A stretch of DNA of 63,041 bases from Paracoccus sp. (in: a-proteobacteria) (GTDB lineage: Bacteria; Pseudomonadota; Alphaproteobacteria; Rhodobacterales; Rhodobacteraceae), in NCBI GenBank assembly GCA_030538135.1, contig JAUNUO010000002.1, positions 1-63,041 of the forward strand, written 5' to 3'. A program made the position numbers and the translations under genes. The notes below the pieces were generated by a model. That model was not told the origin of the DNA, made no database searches, and saw only the letters and a program-made list of their open reading frames with translations. Position 1 is the first letter of the stretch. The number at the start of each line of letters is the position of its first letter. Positions 54,181 to 63,041 of this stretch are shown here, piece after piece.

Positions 54181-56328
54181 ATGAACTCGGCTGATTATAC
54201 ATCGCAGGACGTGACCCGCGTCCTTTTCCAGGATTTCCCGACTTGGATGATCCTGTCATTCTATGCCGTCGCGATCACCGCCATTGCCATCTTTCTTTAC
54301 GGGGTCTGGGCACAGATCCGCAAATACCGGCGCGGCGTGCGATCGGGCGCTTGGGCACCCTTCTGGCCGCGCTTTCGCGACATGGTCGGCACGGTCCTGT
54401 CGCATCGCACCATCCGACGCCGCGCGCCGCGCGCTGGTCGCATCCACAGTTGGATTTTCTATGGCTTTCTGGTGCTGTTCATCGGCACCAGCCTTATTAC
54501 GCTGGATTATGACATCCTTGGCCCGATGGGGATACGGCTCTGGTATGGCTGGTATTATCTGGCCTTCGGCTTTGTCATGGACATCGCCGGTGTCGCGCTG
54601 GTCGCGGGGCTGCTTTACATGATGTATCGCCGCAAATGGCTGGCGCTGCCGAAGCTGGATTACACCCGTCCCGACCGCAATCCCGGCGACCCGGATTATG
54701 ATCGTTCGGATTATCGGCGTGAGGATTGGGCGTTCCTCTGGCTACTGATTGCCATCGGCATCACCGGCTTTCTGCTCGAGGCCGCGCGCGTGGTCTGGCT
54801 GCAAGGCCAGCCTGCGGTCTGGGATTTCCGCTGGCATGCCCCCGTCGGCACCTCTGTCGCTTATCTGATGATGGGGCTCGGCCTTGGTTCGGAAGGCGCG
54901 GGCAGCCTGCGTATCGGGCTGTGGTGGTTCCACGGCATTCTCGCGCTCAGCTTTATTGCGCTGATCCCCTATACCAAGGTCAAGCATATCTTCACCGCCG
55001 CCGGATCGCTGATGGCGCGCGACCCCGATGGCAAGCGCCGGATGCCTGCCGCAGACGTCGATGCCGAAAAGATCGGCTTTGCCAACCTGACCGATTTCAC
55101 CGACAAATATCTGCTGAACGCCGACGCCTGCACCAAATGCGGCCGCTGTCACGAAGCCTGCCCGGCCAATGCATCGGGCTATCCGCTGTCGCCGCGCGAT
55201 CTGGTCCTGAGCCTGCGCGAACTGGCCAATGACAATCTGTCCCGCAGCGCCATGCCCGAGGGGCCCATCCGCGTGATCGGCGATGGCGTCAACATGATCC
55301 GTCCTGAAACGCTGTGGTCCTGCCGCACCTGCGCCGCCTGCACCGAGATCTGCCCGGTGGGCGTCGAACATCTGCCGATGATCGTACAGATGCGCCGCGC
55401 CCTGGTCGAAGAAGGCAATTTTGACCCGATGTTGCAACCCACGCTGAAAAGCCTGCAAAAATCCGGCAACTCGCTGGGCGAAACCAAACGCAAGCGGCCG
55501 CGCTGGACCCGATCACTGGATTTCCAAATCAAGGATGCCCGCAAGGAACCGGTGGATGTGCTGTGGTATGTGGGCGATTACGCCTCGTTCGATCCGCGTT
55601 CGCAGAAGGTTACGATGACCTTCGCGCGTATCCTGCATGCTGCCGGAATCAATTTCGGCATCCTTTACGAGGATGAGCAGACCGCCGGAAACGATGTTCG
55701 CCGCGTGGGCGAAGAAGGGCTGTTTCAGTCGCTGGCCGAGGCGAATATCGAATTGCTGGAAAGCTGCGATTTCAAGACCATCGTCACCACCGACCCGCAT
55801 ACCTACAACACGATCCGCAACGAATATCCTGAATTCGGCGGGAAATATGTGATCGAACATGCCAGCTCCATGCTGGAACGGCTGATCCGTGAAGGCAGGG
55901 TGCCCACCCCGGTCAATCTTGATTACCGTGTCACTTATCATGACCCCTGCCATCTGGGCCGCATCAATAAAGGGTCCGAGCCGCCGCGTCAGGTCATCGA
56001 CCAGTTGGGCCTCGATCTGATCGAACTGCCACGCAACCGTGACAACTCCTTCTGCTGCGGCGCTGGTGGCGGGCGGATCTGGCTGGCCGATTCGCCCGAG
56101 ATGAAAAAGCCCGCAGAACTGCGCGCAGCCGAGGCCGCAGGCATCGCCGGTCTGGATGTGCTGATCGTCAACTGCCCGAAATGTCTGAACATGCTGGAAG
56201 ACGGCGTGAAGGGCACCGGCAATGAGGGCAGCTTCCGCGTGATGGAACTGACCGAACTGGTGGCCGAGGCGATGGGCCTGTCCGCCGATCCAGCCTCGGA
56301 CCGCGAAGCCGAGAAAGAACCGGCATAA
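54181..56328 (+). CDS. Membrane Fe-S oxidoreductase (TM domain + 2x4Fe-4S + CCG domains; FadF/EtfD/EMO-like)
   Basis: Multi-TM N-terminus with His (IHSWIF, WFHG, KHIF); CTKCGRCHEACP; CRTCAACTEICP; YHDPC; CCGAGGG; NCPKC. Confidence 0.88.
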   Translation: MNSADYTSQDVTRVLFQDFPTWMILSFYAVAITAIAIFLYGVWAQIRKYRRGVRSGAWAPFWPRFRDMVGTVLSHRTIRRRAPRAGRIHSWIFYGFLVLFIGTSLITLDYDILGPMGIRLWYGWYYLAFGFVMDIAGVALVAGLLYMMYRRKWLALPKLDYTRPDRNPGDPDYDRSDYRREDWAFLWLLIAIGITGFLLEAARVVWLQGQPAVWDFRWHAPVGTSVAYLMMGLGLGSEGAGSLRIGLWWFHGILALSFIALIPYTKVKHIFTAAGSLMARDPDGKRRMPAADVDAEKIGFANLTDFTDKYLLNADACTKCGRCHEACPANASGYPLSPRDLVLSLRELANDNLSRSAMPEGPIRVIGDGVNMIRPETLWSCRTCAACTEICPVGVEHLPMIVQMRRALVEEGNFDPMLQPTLKSLQKSGNSLGETKRKRPRWTRSLDFQIKDARKEPVDVLWYVGDYASFDPRSQKVTMTFARILHAAGINFGILYEDEQTAGNDVRRVGEEGLFQSLAEANIELLESCDFKTIVTTDPHTYNTIRNEYPEFGGKYVIEHASSMLERLIREGRVPTPVNLDYRVTYHDPCHLGRINKGSEPPRQVIDQLGLDLIELPRNRDNSFCCGAGGGRIWLADSPEMKKPAELRAAEAAGIAGLDVLIVNCPKCLNMLEDGVKGTGNEGSFRVMELTELVAEAMGLSADPASDREAEKEPA

Positions 56329-57737
56329 TGGCGGCGCGGGATCGTTCAACGCTGTGGCTGGATGATCGCGGGGGGCTGATCACGCGGCTGACCGGCATGG
56401 GCGATCCTTATGCCGCGCTTGGTGCCTGTGTCTGGATCAGCGATAGCTCGGAACTGGACGATCTGGCCCTTGGTGCCCGCCGTCAGCGACTGACCTTCGC
56501 GGCTGCACGCTATACACCCGCGCGCCTGTTGGACCGGCTGTCGCAGGACGCGGATGCGGCCATCGCGATGCGGCTTGCAAGAAATCCCGTCAGCCCGGCG
56601 CCGGTGCTTGCGCGCATCCTGCGGGGCGACCCACCCCTGCGTCTGCGCCGCCATATCGCCGCACACAAGCGGGCAGATCGGGCGGTGCTGACCGCGCTGG
56701 CTGCGGACGAAGACATCGCCGTCCGCCGCGGCGTGGCGGGAAATGCCATGACCCCATTGCCGGCAATGGTGGTGCTGGCGGCGGAAGGCGACCCGCAGAT
56801 CATGCGCAACATGGCGGCTGCGCCACAGACAACTGGCGATATTCTGACGCGGCTCTGGACCTTGGGCGATGAATGGGTGCGCGCGGATATTGCCGCCCAT
56901 CCTAACTGCCCGGCGTATATCCTTGCCAAAGCCGGACAGGGTGCCGATCCTCTGATCCGCCGCAAATGCGCCGCGAATCCCGCATTACCCGAAGCCATGT
57001 TGCTGGACCTGCTGGCTGATCCCGATGAGTTGGTTCGCGGCGCGGCGGTGCGCAACCCCCTCGTGTCCGACGCATGGCTGGACGATGCCGAGGATGGATC
57101 GGTCCGCGTCCGCCGTCTTTTCGCCCGCCGCACCCGGCTGCCGGGGCCGCTGATCGAACGGCTGGCCGGTGATGCTGACACTTGGGTCCGTCGCTGGATT
57201 GCGCGCAACCCCGACCTGCCGTTCGCCCGGATCGCGCAGCTGGGGCATGACGAGGAACCCGCTATACGGCGCGGCGTGGCGCGCAACCCGTGCTGCCCAC
57301 CCGATCTGCTGATCGCACTTGCGGGCGATGCCGACCCCTGGGTCCGCGCCGGGGTCGCGCTGCGCGATGACCTGCCGGATGCCGCGCTGACGGTGCTGCT
57401 GGACGATACCGACCGCGACGTGCTGGGCGCATTGGGACGCAATCCGCGCAGCCCGGCGGCGTGGCTGGCGGAACTGGCGCGCCACCCGGACAAGGACGTC
57501 CGCCGCGCCGTCGCCCTTAATCCCGTCGCTCCGGCGCATGTGCTGGCCCTGCTGGCCGATGATCCCTATCCGCTGAACCGCGCCATGCTGGGCCGCCGCC
57601 ACGACCTTACGCCGGATCTGGCGGGGCGGATGCTGACCGATCCTGAACCGCAGGTGCGCTTTGCCGCCGCTGCCCGGTTGGCCCGCGCAATAGCCGAAAC
57701 AGAACCCGGAACCAATCAGAGGAGGACACCGCCGTGA
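56328..57737 (+). CDS. Leucine-rich-variant (LRV)/HEAT-like repeat protein
   Basis: ~24-aa repeats L..LA.D.D..VR..VA.NP..P; overlaps both neighbouring genes. Confidence 0.85.
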   Translation: MAARDRSTLWLDDRGGLITRLTGMGDPYAALGACVWISDSSELDDLALGARRQRLTFAAARYTPARLLDRLSQDADAAIAMRLARNPVSPAPVLARILRGDPPLRLRRHIAAHKRADRAVLTALAADEDIAVRRGVAGNAMTPLPAMVVLAAEGDPQIMRNMAAAPQTTGDILTRLWTLGDEWVRADIAAHPNCPAYILAKAGQGADPLIRRKCAANPALPEAMLLDLLADPDELVRGAAVRNPLVSDAWLDDAEDGSVRVRRLFARRTRLPGPLIERLAGDADTWVRRWIARNPDLPFARIAQLGHDEEPAIRRGVARNPCCPPDLLIALAGDADPWVRAGVALRDDLPDAALTVLLDDTDRDVLGALGRNPRSPAAWLAELARHPDKDVRRAVALNPVAPAHVLALLADDPYPLNRAMLGRRHDLTPDLAGRMLTDPEPQVRFAAAARLARAIAETEPGTNQRRTPP

Positions 57738-58516
57738 AAATACTGGTGATGGTGAAACAGGTCGCGTTTCTCGACGATGAATTCGAGATGCGCGACAACG
57801 ACCGCGACGTCGAAGAAGATTTCTTTGAAAAGGATCTTAACGAGTTCGACCATTTTTCGGTCGAAGAAGCGCTGCTGATCAAGGAAGCGGCAGGCGACGA
57901 TGCCGAGGTTGTCGCGGTTACCGTGGGTGATGATGATGCCGACGACGTGCTGCGCACCGCGCTCGCTAAGGGTGCGGATCGCGGCATCAGGGTCTGGGAC
58001 GATGCGCTGGAAGACGCCGATGGCATCAGCATCGCCAAGGTGCTGGCCAAGGTGGTCGAACGCGAACAGCCCGACATGGTGTTCACCGGCGCGCAATCAG
58101 CCGATTTCGGCTCTGCTGTGACCGGAATGGCGCTGGCCGGTATCCTTGGCTGGCCGCATGCCGCCGTGATCTGCCATCTGGAATACGGACGCGGCGCGAA
58201 AACCGCGACACTGCGGCGCGAGTTGGAGGGCGGTCTGGAAGAGATCATGACCATCCGCTGCCCCGCCGTTCTGTCGATCCAGCTTGGCATCAACGAGCCG
58301 CGCTATGCATCGCTGCGCGGCATCAAGCAGGCCAAGCAGAAACACGTGGACGAACTATCGCTGGACGATCTGGACCTTGACGCCGGAGCGGTCGCCCCTG
58401 CTTCACGCGTGCGGCGGATGTATACACCTGAAAAGGGTCAGGCCGAACTCATCACCGGATCGCCCGCCGAACAGGCCGCGCGGCTTGCCGAAATCATCAA
58501 GGAACTGAGGGGGTAA
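57734..58516 (+). CDS. etfB: Electron transfer flavoprotein beta subunit (TMADH-partner type)
   Basis: MKILVMVKQ, LAKGADRGIRVWDD, RRELEGG, QLGINEPRYASLRGIKQA, SRVRRMY.PEKG. Confidence 0.95.
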   Translation: MKILVMVKQVAFLDDEFEMRDNDRDVEEDFFEKDLNEFDHFSVEEALLIKEAAGDDAEVVAVTVGDDDADDVLRTALAKGADRGIRVWDDALEDADGISIAKVLAKVVEREQPDMVFTGAQSADFGSAVTGMALAGILGWPHAAVICHLEYGRGAKTATLRRELEGGLEEIMTIRCPAVLSIQLGINEPRYASLRGIKQAKQKHVDELSLDDLDLDAGAVAPASRVRRMYTPEKGQAELITGSPAEQAARLAEIIKELRG

Positions 58517-58518
58517 TC

Positions 58519-59472
58519 ATGGCCAATCTGATAGCCATCGCCGAACAGCGTCAGGGCGAGCTGCGCCCGACCGGGCTGGAAGTTATCGCCGCTCTGCGCG
58601 GGGTCAAGCAGGGGGATGACCGTTTGGCGGTTGTCATCATCGCCGCCGATCCCTCCACTCATGTACCGGCCCTGTCGGTCGAAGGTGTGGACGAAGTGAT
58701 CGCGGTGCAGGCAAGCGACGATTTCCAGCCCGACCTGACCGGCGCGGTGATTACGGAACTGGTGCAGGAACGCCAGCCGCGCATCGTCGCAGTCGCACAT
58801 GGCGTCGATGCCTGGTCCTATATGCCCGCCACCGCTGCGCGGCTGGATTCCGGCCTTGCGACCGATGTGCAGAAACTGACCCTGGACGGGGATGATCTGG
58901 TGGCAACCCGTTCCGGCTATGCCGAAAAGGTGCTGGCCGATATCGACTTTCCCGGCAAGGACACGGTGTTGCTGACGATCCGCACCAACGTGTTTGAACC
59001 TGCTTCGGGATCCGCCTCGCCCGGGGTGACACAAATGACGGCACCTGCGGTAGACGTGGCAACGACGCATGAAGGGTGGAAGCCGCCCGCAGATGCCGGA
59101 GGCATCGACATCGGCGGGGCTGAGTTCATCCTCTCCATCGGTCGGGGTGTCGGCGAGGAAAGCAACGTCGAGCAGTTTTTGGAACTTTCCGAGAAGCTGG
59201 GCGCGACCCTTGGATGTTCGCGACCCATCGCCGACAGCGGCTGGCTGCCCAAGGCCCGGCAGGTCGGCCAGTCGGGCCAGCTTGCCGCGAACTGCAAGCT
59301 GTATATCGCCATGGGGGTGTCAGGTTCGGTGCAGCATCAATGGGGCATGAAGCATATCGAAAATATCGTGGCGGTGAATACCGACCCCGAGGCCTCGATC
59401 TTCACGATCGCCCGCTATGGCATCGTCGGCGATATGTTCGAGATCGCCGAGGAACTGGAAAACCACTTCTGA
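58519..59472 (+). CDS. etfA: Electron transfer flavoprotein alpha subunit
   Basis: SIGRG, CSRPIADSGW, RQVGQSG, GVSGSVQH, AVNTDP. Confidence 0.95.
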   Translation: MANLIAIAEQRQGELRPTGLEVIAALRGVKQGDDRLAVVIIAADPSTHVPALSVEGVDEVIAVQASDDFQPDLTGAVITELVQERQPRIVAVAHGVDAWSYMPATAARLDSGLATDVQKLTLDGDDLVATRSGYAEKVLADIDFPGKDTVLLTIRTNVFEPASGSASPGVTQMTAPAVDVATTHEGWKPPADAGGIDIGGAEFILSIGRGVGEESNVEQFLELSEKLGATLGCSRPIADSGWLPKARQVGQSGQLAANCKLYIAMGVSGSVQHQWGMKHIENIVAVNTDPEASIFTIARYGIVGDMFEIAEELENHF

Positions 59473-59674
59473 TCCCCGATTTCGGGGGGTCGTGAAACAG
59501 GGACAGCAGGCGGCGACGTGCTGCCTGCCTATCCCGAATGCCTGACACATCCGACCGACACCGGCGCGCAGCGATCCAGACGCAGCGCGTGGCCCGATCC
59601 TGCGCGCTGATCGGTCGGTGACCACAAGAGGAACGATCCTTGTCCTAACCACAACCCAAATGAGAGTTCGTATC

Positions 59675-61267
59675 ATGGCTTCAATAACCGAACATGGTGT
59701 CGCCGCGCAGGGTGACAGCCTGCACCGCGCCATCGGCTGGAAAGACGCATTCTGGATGGCATCCGGCGTTCCCGCTCTTGTGCTGTTCTCAATCGGGGGC
59801 ATCGCTGCAACGGTCGGCAACCCATCCTGGATCATCTGGATGCTTTCGGTCTCCTTCGGCTTTCTTCAGGCCTTCATCTATGCCGAGATTGCGGGAATGT
59901 TCCCGGGCAAGTCCGGCGGTGCCTCGGTCTATGGGGCAGCGGCATGGGTGCGCTATTCCAAGATCGTGGCGCCCCTATCGATCTGGTGCAACTGGCTGGC
60001 ATGGATGCCGGTGCTGGCCATCGGCAGCGGGCTGGCGGCGGGCTATGTGCTGATCGCCCTGTTCGGGGCCGATGCCACGGTCAATTCCTGGGAAATCGTG
60101 CTGTTCAATCTGGATTTCCTGAATCAGGGCCTGTTCATGCGGATCAATACCACCTCGGTTATCGGGTCGGCGATCCTGCTGCTGGTGTTCTTCGTGCAGT
60201 TGCGGGGAATTTCGACCGCAGCAAAGGTCCAGACCATCATCGGTCTTGCCGTGCTGATCCCACTGCTGATCGTGGGTGTGGTGCCGCTGCTGACCGGAGA
60301 TGTGCTGACGAGCAACCTGATTCCCGTCGTGCCGATTACCGGGGAATGGAACCGCGGGGGAATGACGCTGTTTCTCGGCGGGTTATTCATCGCCGCATGG
60401 TCCGCATATGCCTTTGAAACGGCAATCTGCTATACCAGCGAATTCAAGGATCCACGGCGCGACACGGTCCGGGCGATTCTGTCTGCGGGTCTGGCCTGCG
60501 TGGTGATCTATACGCTGGTTCCGCTGAGCTTTCAGGGTTTCCTGGGTGTCGAAGGAATGTTGCAACCCGGCGTCATCGATGGGTCCGCCGTGGCCAGCGT
60601 GATGGCGCGCATGGTTGGCGGCGGGGCCATCGTCGCCAATATCATGGTGGTGATGCTGCTGCTGGCGCTGGCGCTGGCGATCATGACCTCGATGGCAGGG
60701 TCGTCGCGGACGCTGTATCAGGGGTCGGTCGATGGCTGGCTGCCCCGATACCTGTCCGGCACCAACGAGCATGGCTCGCCGACCAACGCAATGTGGATGA
60801 ACCTGATCGTCAATTTGGTTCTGCTGATGATGTCGGACTACCTGTTCATCCTTGCCGTGTCGAACTGCTGCTATCTGGTTTTCAACTTTCTGAACCTGAA
60901 CTCGGGTTGGCTGCACCGGATCGACAACGCCAATGCCGACCGTCCGTGGCGGGCGCCGACAATCATGATCTGGATCGGCACAATCCTGTCCTTCGTCAAC
61001 GCGGCCCTTCTGGGTGCCGGGGCGAATGTCTGGGGCGAGGGCACTTTGCGATCCGCAATCTTTGCCATCGCGCTGATTCTGCCGGTCTTCGCCTATCGCC
61101 ACTATGTCACCGACAAGGGGCGTTTTCCCGCGAAGATGCTTGAAGATCTGCAAGTCGGCGGTAATGCGGATCTGTCCGTGAAAAAGGCGGGGATCCTGCC
61201 GTATCTGACCCTCGCCGCCGGCATTGCGACTGTGCTTGTCGCGAACCATATCTTTCGTCTGACTTGA
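59675..61267 (+). CDS. APC family permease (probable methylated-amine transporter)
   Basis: Multiple TM segments, AEIAGMFPGKSGG, AFETAICYTSEFKDP, SSRTLY. Confidence 0.85.
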   Translation: MASITEHGVAAQGDSLHRAIGWKDAFWMASGVPALVLFSIGGIAATVGNPSWIIWMLSVSFGFLQAFIYAEIAGMFPGKSGGASVYGAAAWVRYSKIVAPLSIWCNWLAWMPVLAIGSGLAAGYVLIALFGADATVNSWEIVLFNLDFLNQGLFMRINTTSVIGSAILLLVFFVQLRGISTAAKVQTIIGLAVLIPLLIVGVVPLLTGDVLTSNLIPVVPITGEWNRGGMTLFLGGLFIAAWSAYAFETAICYTSEFKDPRRDTVRAILSAGLACVVIYTLVPLSFQGFLGVEGMLQPGVIDGSAVASVMARMVGGGAIVANIMVVMLLLALALAIMTSMAGSSRTLYQGSVDGWLPRYLSGTNEHGSPTNAMWMNLIVNLVLLMMSDYLFILAVSNCCYLVFNFLNLNSGWLHRIDNANADRPWRAPTIMIWIGTILSFVNAALLGAGANVWGEGTLRSAIFAIALILPVFAYRHYVTDKGRFPAKMLEDLQVGGNADLSVKKAGILPYLTLAAGIATVLVANHIFRLT

Positions 61268-61284
61268 GAGCCGATATCATGACC

Positions 61285-61306
61285 CCGGCCATCTCTGGAT
61301 GGCCGG
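61285..61306 (+). terminator. Hairpin after the permease gene
   Basis: CCGGCCATC-tctg-GATGGCCGG. Confidence 0.45.
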
Positions 61307-61519
61307 ACCTGCCGAACGTCAGTCTCGTGGGTTTCCAAAACAGCAGTGCGGCATCAAGAGATACGCGTCCTGCATGGCGCACGAGACCTCACCTCTCTTC
61401 TGGGCTGAAAAACCATGTTCTCCGTTTAGACAGCGGAAACGTACGGAGGAATAGGAACAGGGTTTGTGGCAAGCCCAGAATCGTTCGTTTTTCGACAGGT
61501 CACGGAATCGGCTCCGTTG

Positions 61520-61578
61520 ACCTGTTCAAAAACCCATGTCAAAACCATCTGATATTTTGAACCGTTTTTGAGGCAGTT
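61520..61578. promoter_or_regulatory. Putative res site of the serine resolvase
   Basis: Nested inverted repeats TCAAAAAC..TCAAAA..TTTTGA..GTTTTTGA upstream of the gene. Confidence 0.5.
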
Positions 61579-61583
61579 GAACG

Positions 61584-62138
61584 ATGCTGATTGGCTACGC
61601 ACGTGTATCGACCTCGGAACAATCGCTGGATGAGCAGATGGACCTGCTCGGCGCCGCGGGTGCGGAACGGATCTTCTTGGAAAAGATTTCGACCAAGGCG
61701 GCAAAGCGCCCGGAACTGGTCCGTCTGATGGAACAGCTCAGGGAAGGCGACGTGGTGATTGTGACACGCTTCGACCGCATCTCACGGCGGCTGCTGGACC
61801 TGATTGAACTGGTCGAACAGATTTCGGCCGGGGGAGCGGGTTTTCGCTCGCTGCGAGAGGACATTGACACAACGTCATCTTCCGGCCGTCTGATCCTGCA
61901 CGTTATGGGTGCGATCGCGCAGTTCGAGCGCGACAAGATCGTGGAGCGGACGCGAGAAGGGCTGGCCTCGGCGCGCAAGAGGGGCCGGATCGGTGGCAGA
62001 CCCCCGGCGCTGACACCGGAACAGGCGGAAACCTGCAAGAAATTGCTGGCCGAGGGCGAGAGCGTGGCCGGTATTGCGCGCCAGTTCCGGGTCAGCCGGT
62101 CCACGATTGCGCGCCTGCGGCGCGCGGAAGGCGTCTGA
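61584..62138 (+). CDS. Serine recombinase (resolvase/invertase)
   Basis: IGYARVST, RFDRISR, AQFERD..ERT..GL, GGRP, C-terminal HTH. Confidence 0.95.
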   Translation: MLIGYARVSTSEQSLDEQMDLLGAAGAERIFLEKISTKAAKRPELVRLMEQLREGDVVIVTRFDRISRRLLDLIELVEQISAGGAGFRSLREDIDTTSSSGRLILHVMGAIAQFERDKIVERTREGLASARKRGRIGGRPPALTPEQAETCKKLLAEGESVAGIARQFRVSRSTIARLRRAEGV

Positions 62139-62242
62139 TTGCGCCGCCTCACGGTGCGCTCCTTTCTTCGGCCAGCCTGCGTTCGTTCAGCCCGATCAGC
62201 GATCCGGTGATGTTCAGACGGCCCAGTTGATAGGCGCGGATC
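61975..62242 (+). repeat. Direct repeat of 27186-27453
   Basis: Near-identical sequence, 34,789 bp apart. Confidence 0.9.
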
Positions 62243-62645
62243 CCGGTGCCGCGCCAGCGGCTGCGCGCGCCATTGGCTAGGCCGGTATTGATCGCCTCGA
62301 CGTTCTGGGCCGAATAGATGCCATTGTTGCTGGCAATGTCGCTAAGGTCGCGCGACCGAGCCCCGAGAGGCTGCAAATGCTCGTCGGACGCAAGCACCTC
62401 CGCGAGCTGGCGTTCCATGGTAGGGCGCTGGTTCGGTGCAGCCTCGGAAATGCTGCGCTCGGCGCGATCCACTGCGTTTTTCAAATCGGCGGCGGCGCGA
62501 TCAAAATCTTCCTCAACAGTCATGTATGGTTCTCCTTTTGCCAAAATGACCCCGCCTTGGGCGAGGACTTGGGCTGCCTTTTCAAATGCGGTCGCAAGAT
62601 CCTGCATGTTTCTGGCCGAGGCGAAGCTCGACAGGTCGCGATAGC
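62243..62645 (-). pseudogene. Possible relaxase (VirD2-like) C-terminal region fragment fused to the repC tail
   Basis: YRDLSSFA..MQDLATAFEKAA..; resemblance is from memory only. Confidence 0.3.
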
Positions 62646-62990
62646 GAGCCTATCTGCACAACCAGCCGAAACAGTCGAACCTGGACATTGTGACCGGCGC
62701 CAAGGTCCTGCGCGTGCTGATAGAGCGGGAGCGCGCGGTCGGGGTCGAGATCTCGCGTCGCGGGCGAGTGTCGCAGATCCGCGCGGATCGCGAGGTCGTC
62801 ATGGCGGCAGGCTTGTTCGGGACGCCGCAGATCCTGATGCTCTCAGGACTGGGCCCCGAAGCGCACCTGAAGCAGCACGGTATCCAGTTGCTGGCCAACT
62901 CACCCATGCTGGGCGAAAACCTGCACGACCACATCGAAGCCCATATCCAGGTCGAGACGGACAAGCCGGTTTCGCTGAACAGGTACGACC
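62645..62990 (+). pseudogene. GMC oxidoreductase (choline dehydrogenase-like) internal fragment
   Basis: AYL..NLDIVTGAKVLRVL..REVVMAAG..TPQILMLSGLGP..GENLHDH; no start codon. Confidence 0.8.
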
Positions 62991-63041
62991 AAGGCGGAGC
63001 TCCAGGCTCGCCACGGTCACGTTCTGGGCCTCAGCGACATC

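Noticed and set aside
62149-62607. 152-aa ORF as a genuine gene
   Set aside because: Chimera of an unrelated fragment and the repC-like tail; the junction coincides with the repeat boundary

Overview
A 63-kb stretch of a GC-rich alphaproteobacterial (Rhodobacteraceae-like) plasmid or chromid. The backbone (7.5-15 kb) has a DnaA-like replicase, parAB with four parS-like palindromes, a tyrosine recombinase, intact and decayed VapBC modules and a WGR gene. The cargo comprises: (i) a creatinase/solute-binding protein/LysR unit plus a MarR-linked FAD oxidoreductase; (ii) an IS-riddled surface polysaccharide region (GT4s, a methyltransferase-like protein, a coiled-coil ruler-like protein, a heparinase II/III-like gene, wecB, wecC); (iii) a Dpp-type ABC transporter with two amidohydrolases, a hydantoin racemase, a flavin reductase and GntR; (iv) the most interesting part, a dimethylamine dehydrogenase module: FadR/GntR, a signal-peptide-less SBP-like protein, a cupin, a structured leader, dmd, a membrane CCG/Fe-S oxidoreductase (EtfD/EMO-like), an LRV/HEAT-repeat protein, TMADH-type etfBA and an APC permease. 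Remnants of IS3, IS21, IS66, IS481 and IS110 elements, repC, a relaxase, a thermonuclease, hydantoinase B and a GMC oxidoreductase are scattered throughout. All family calls rest on motifs recognised by eye; no searches were run.
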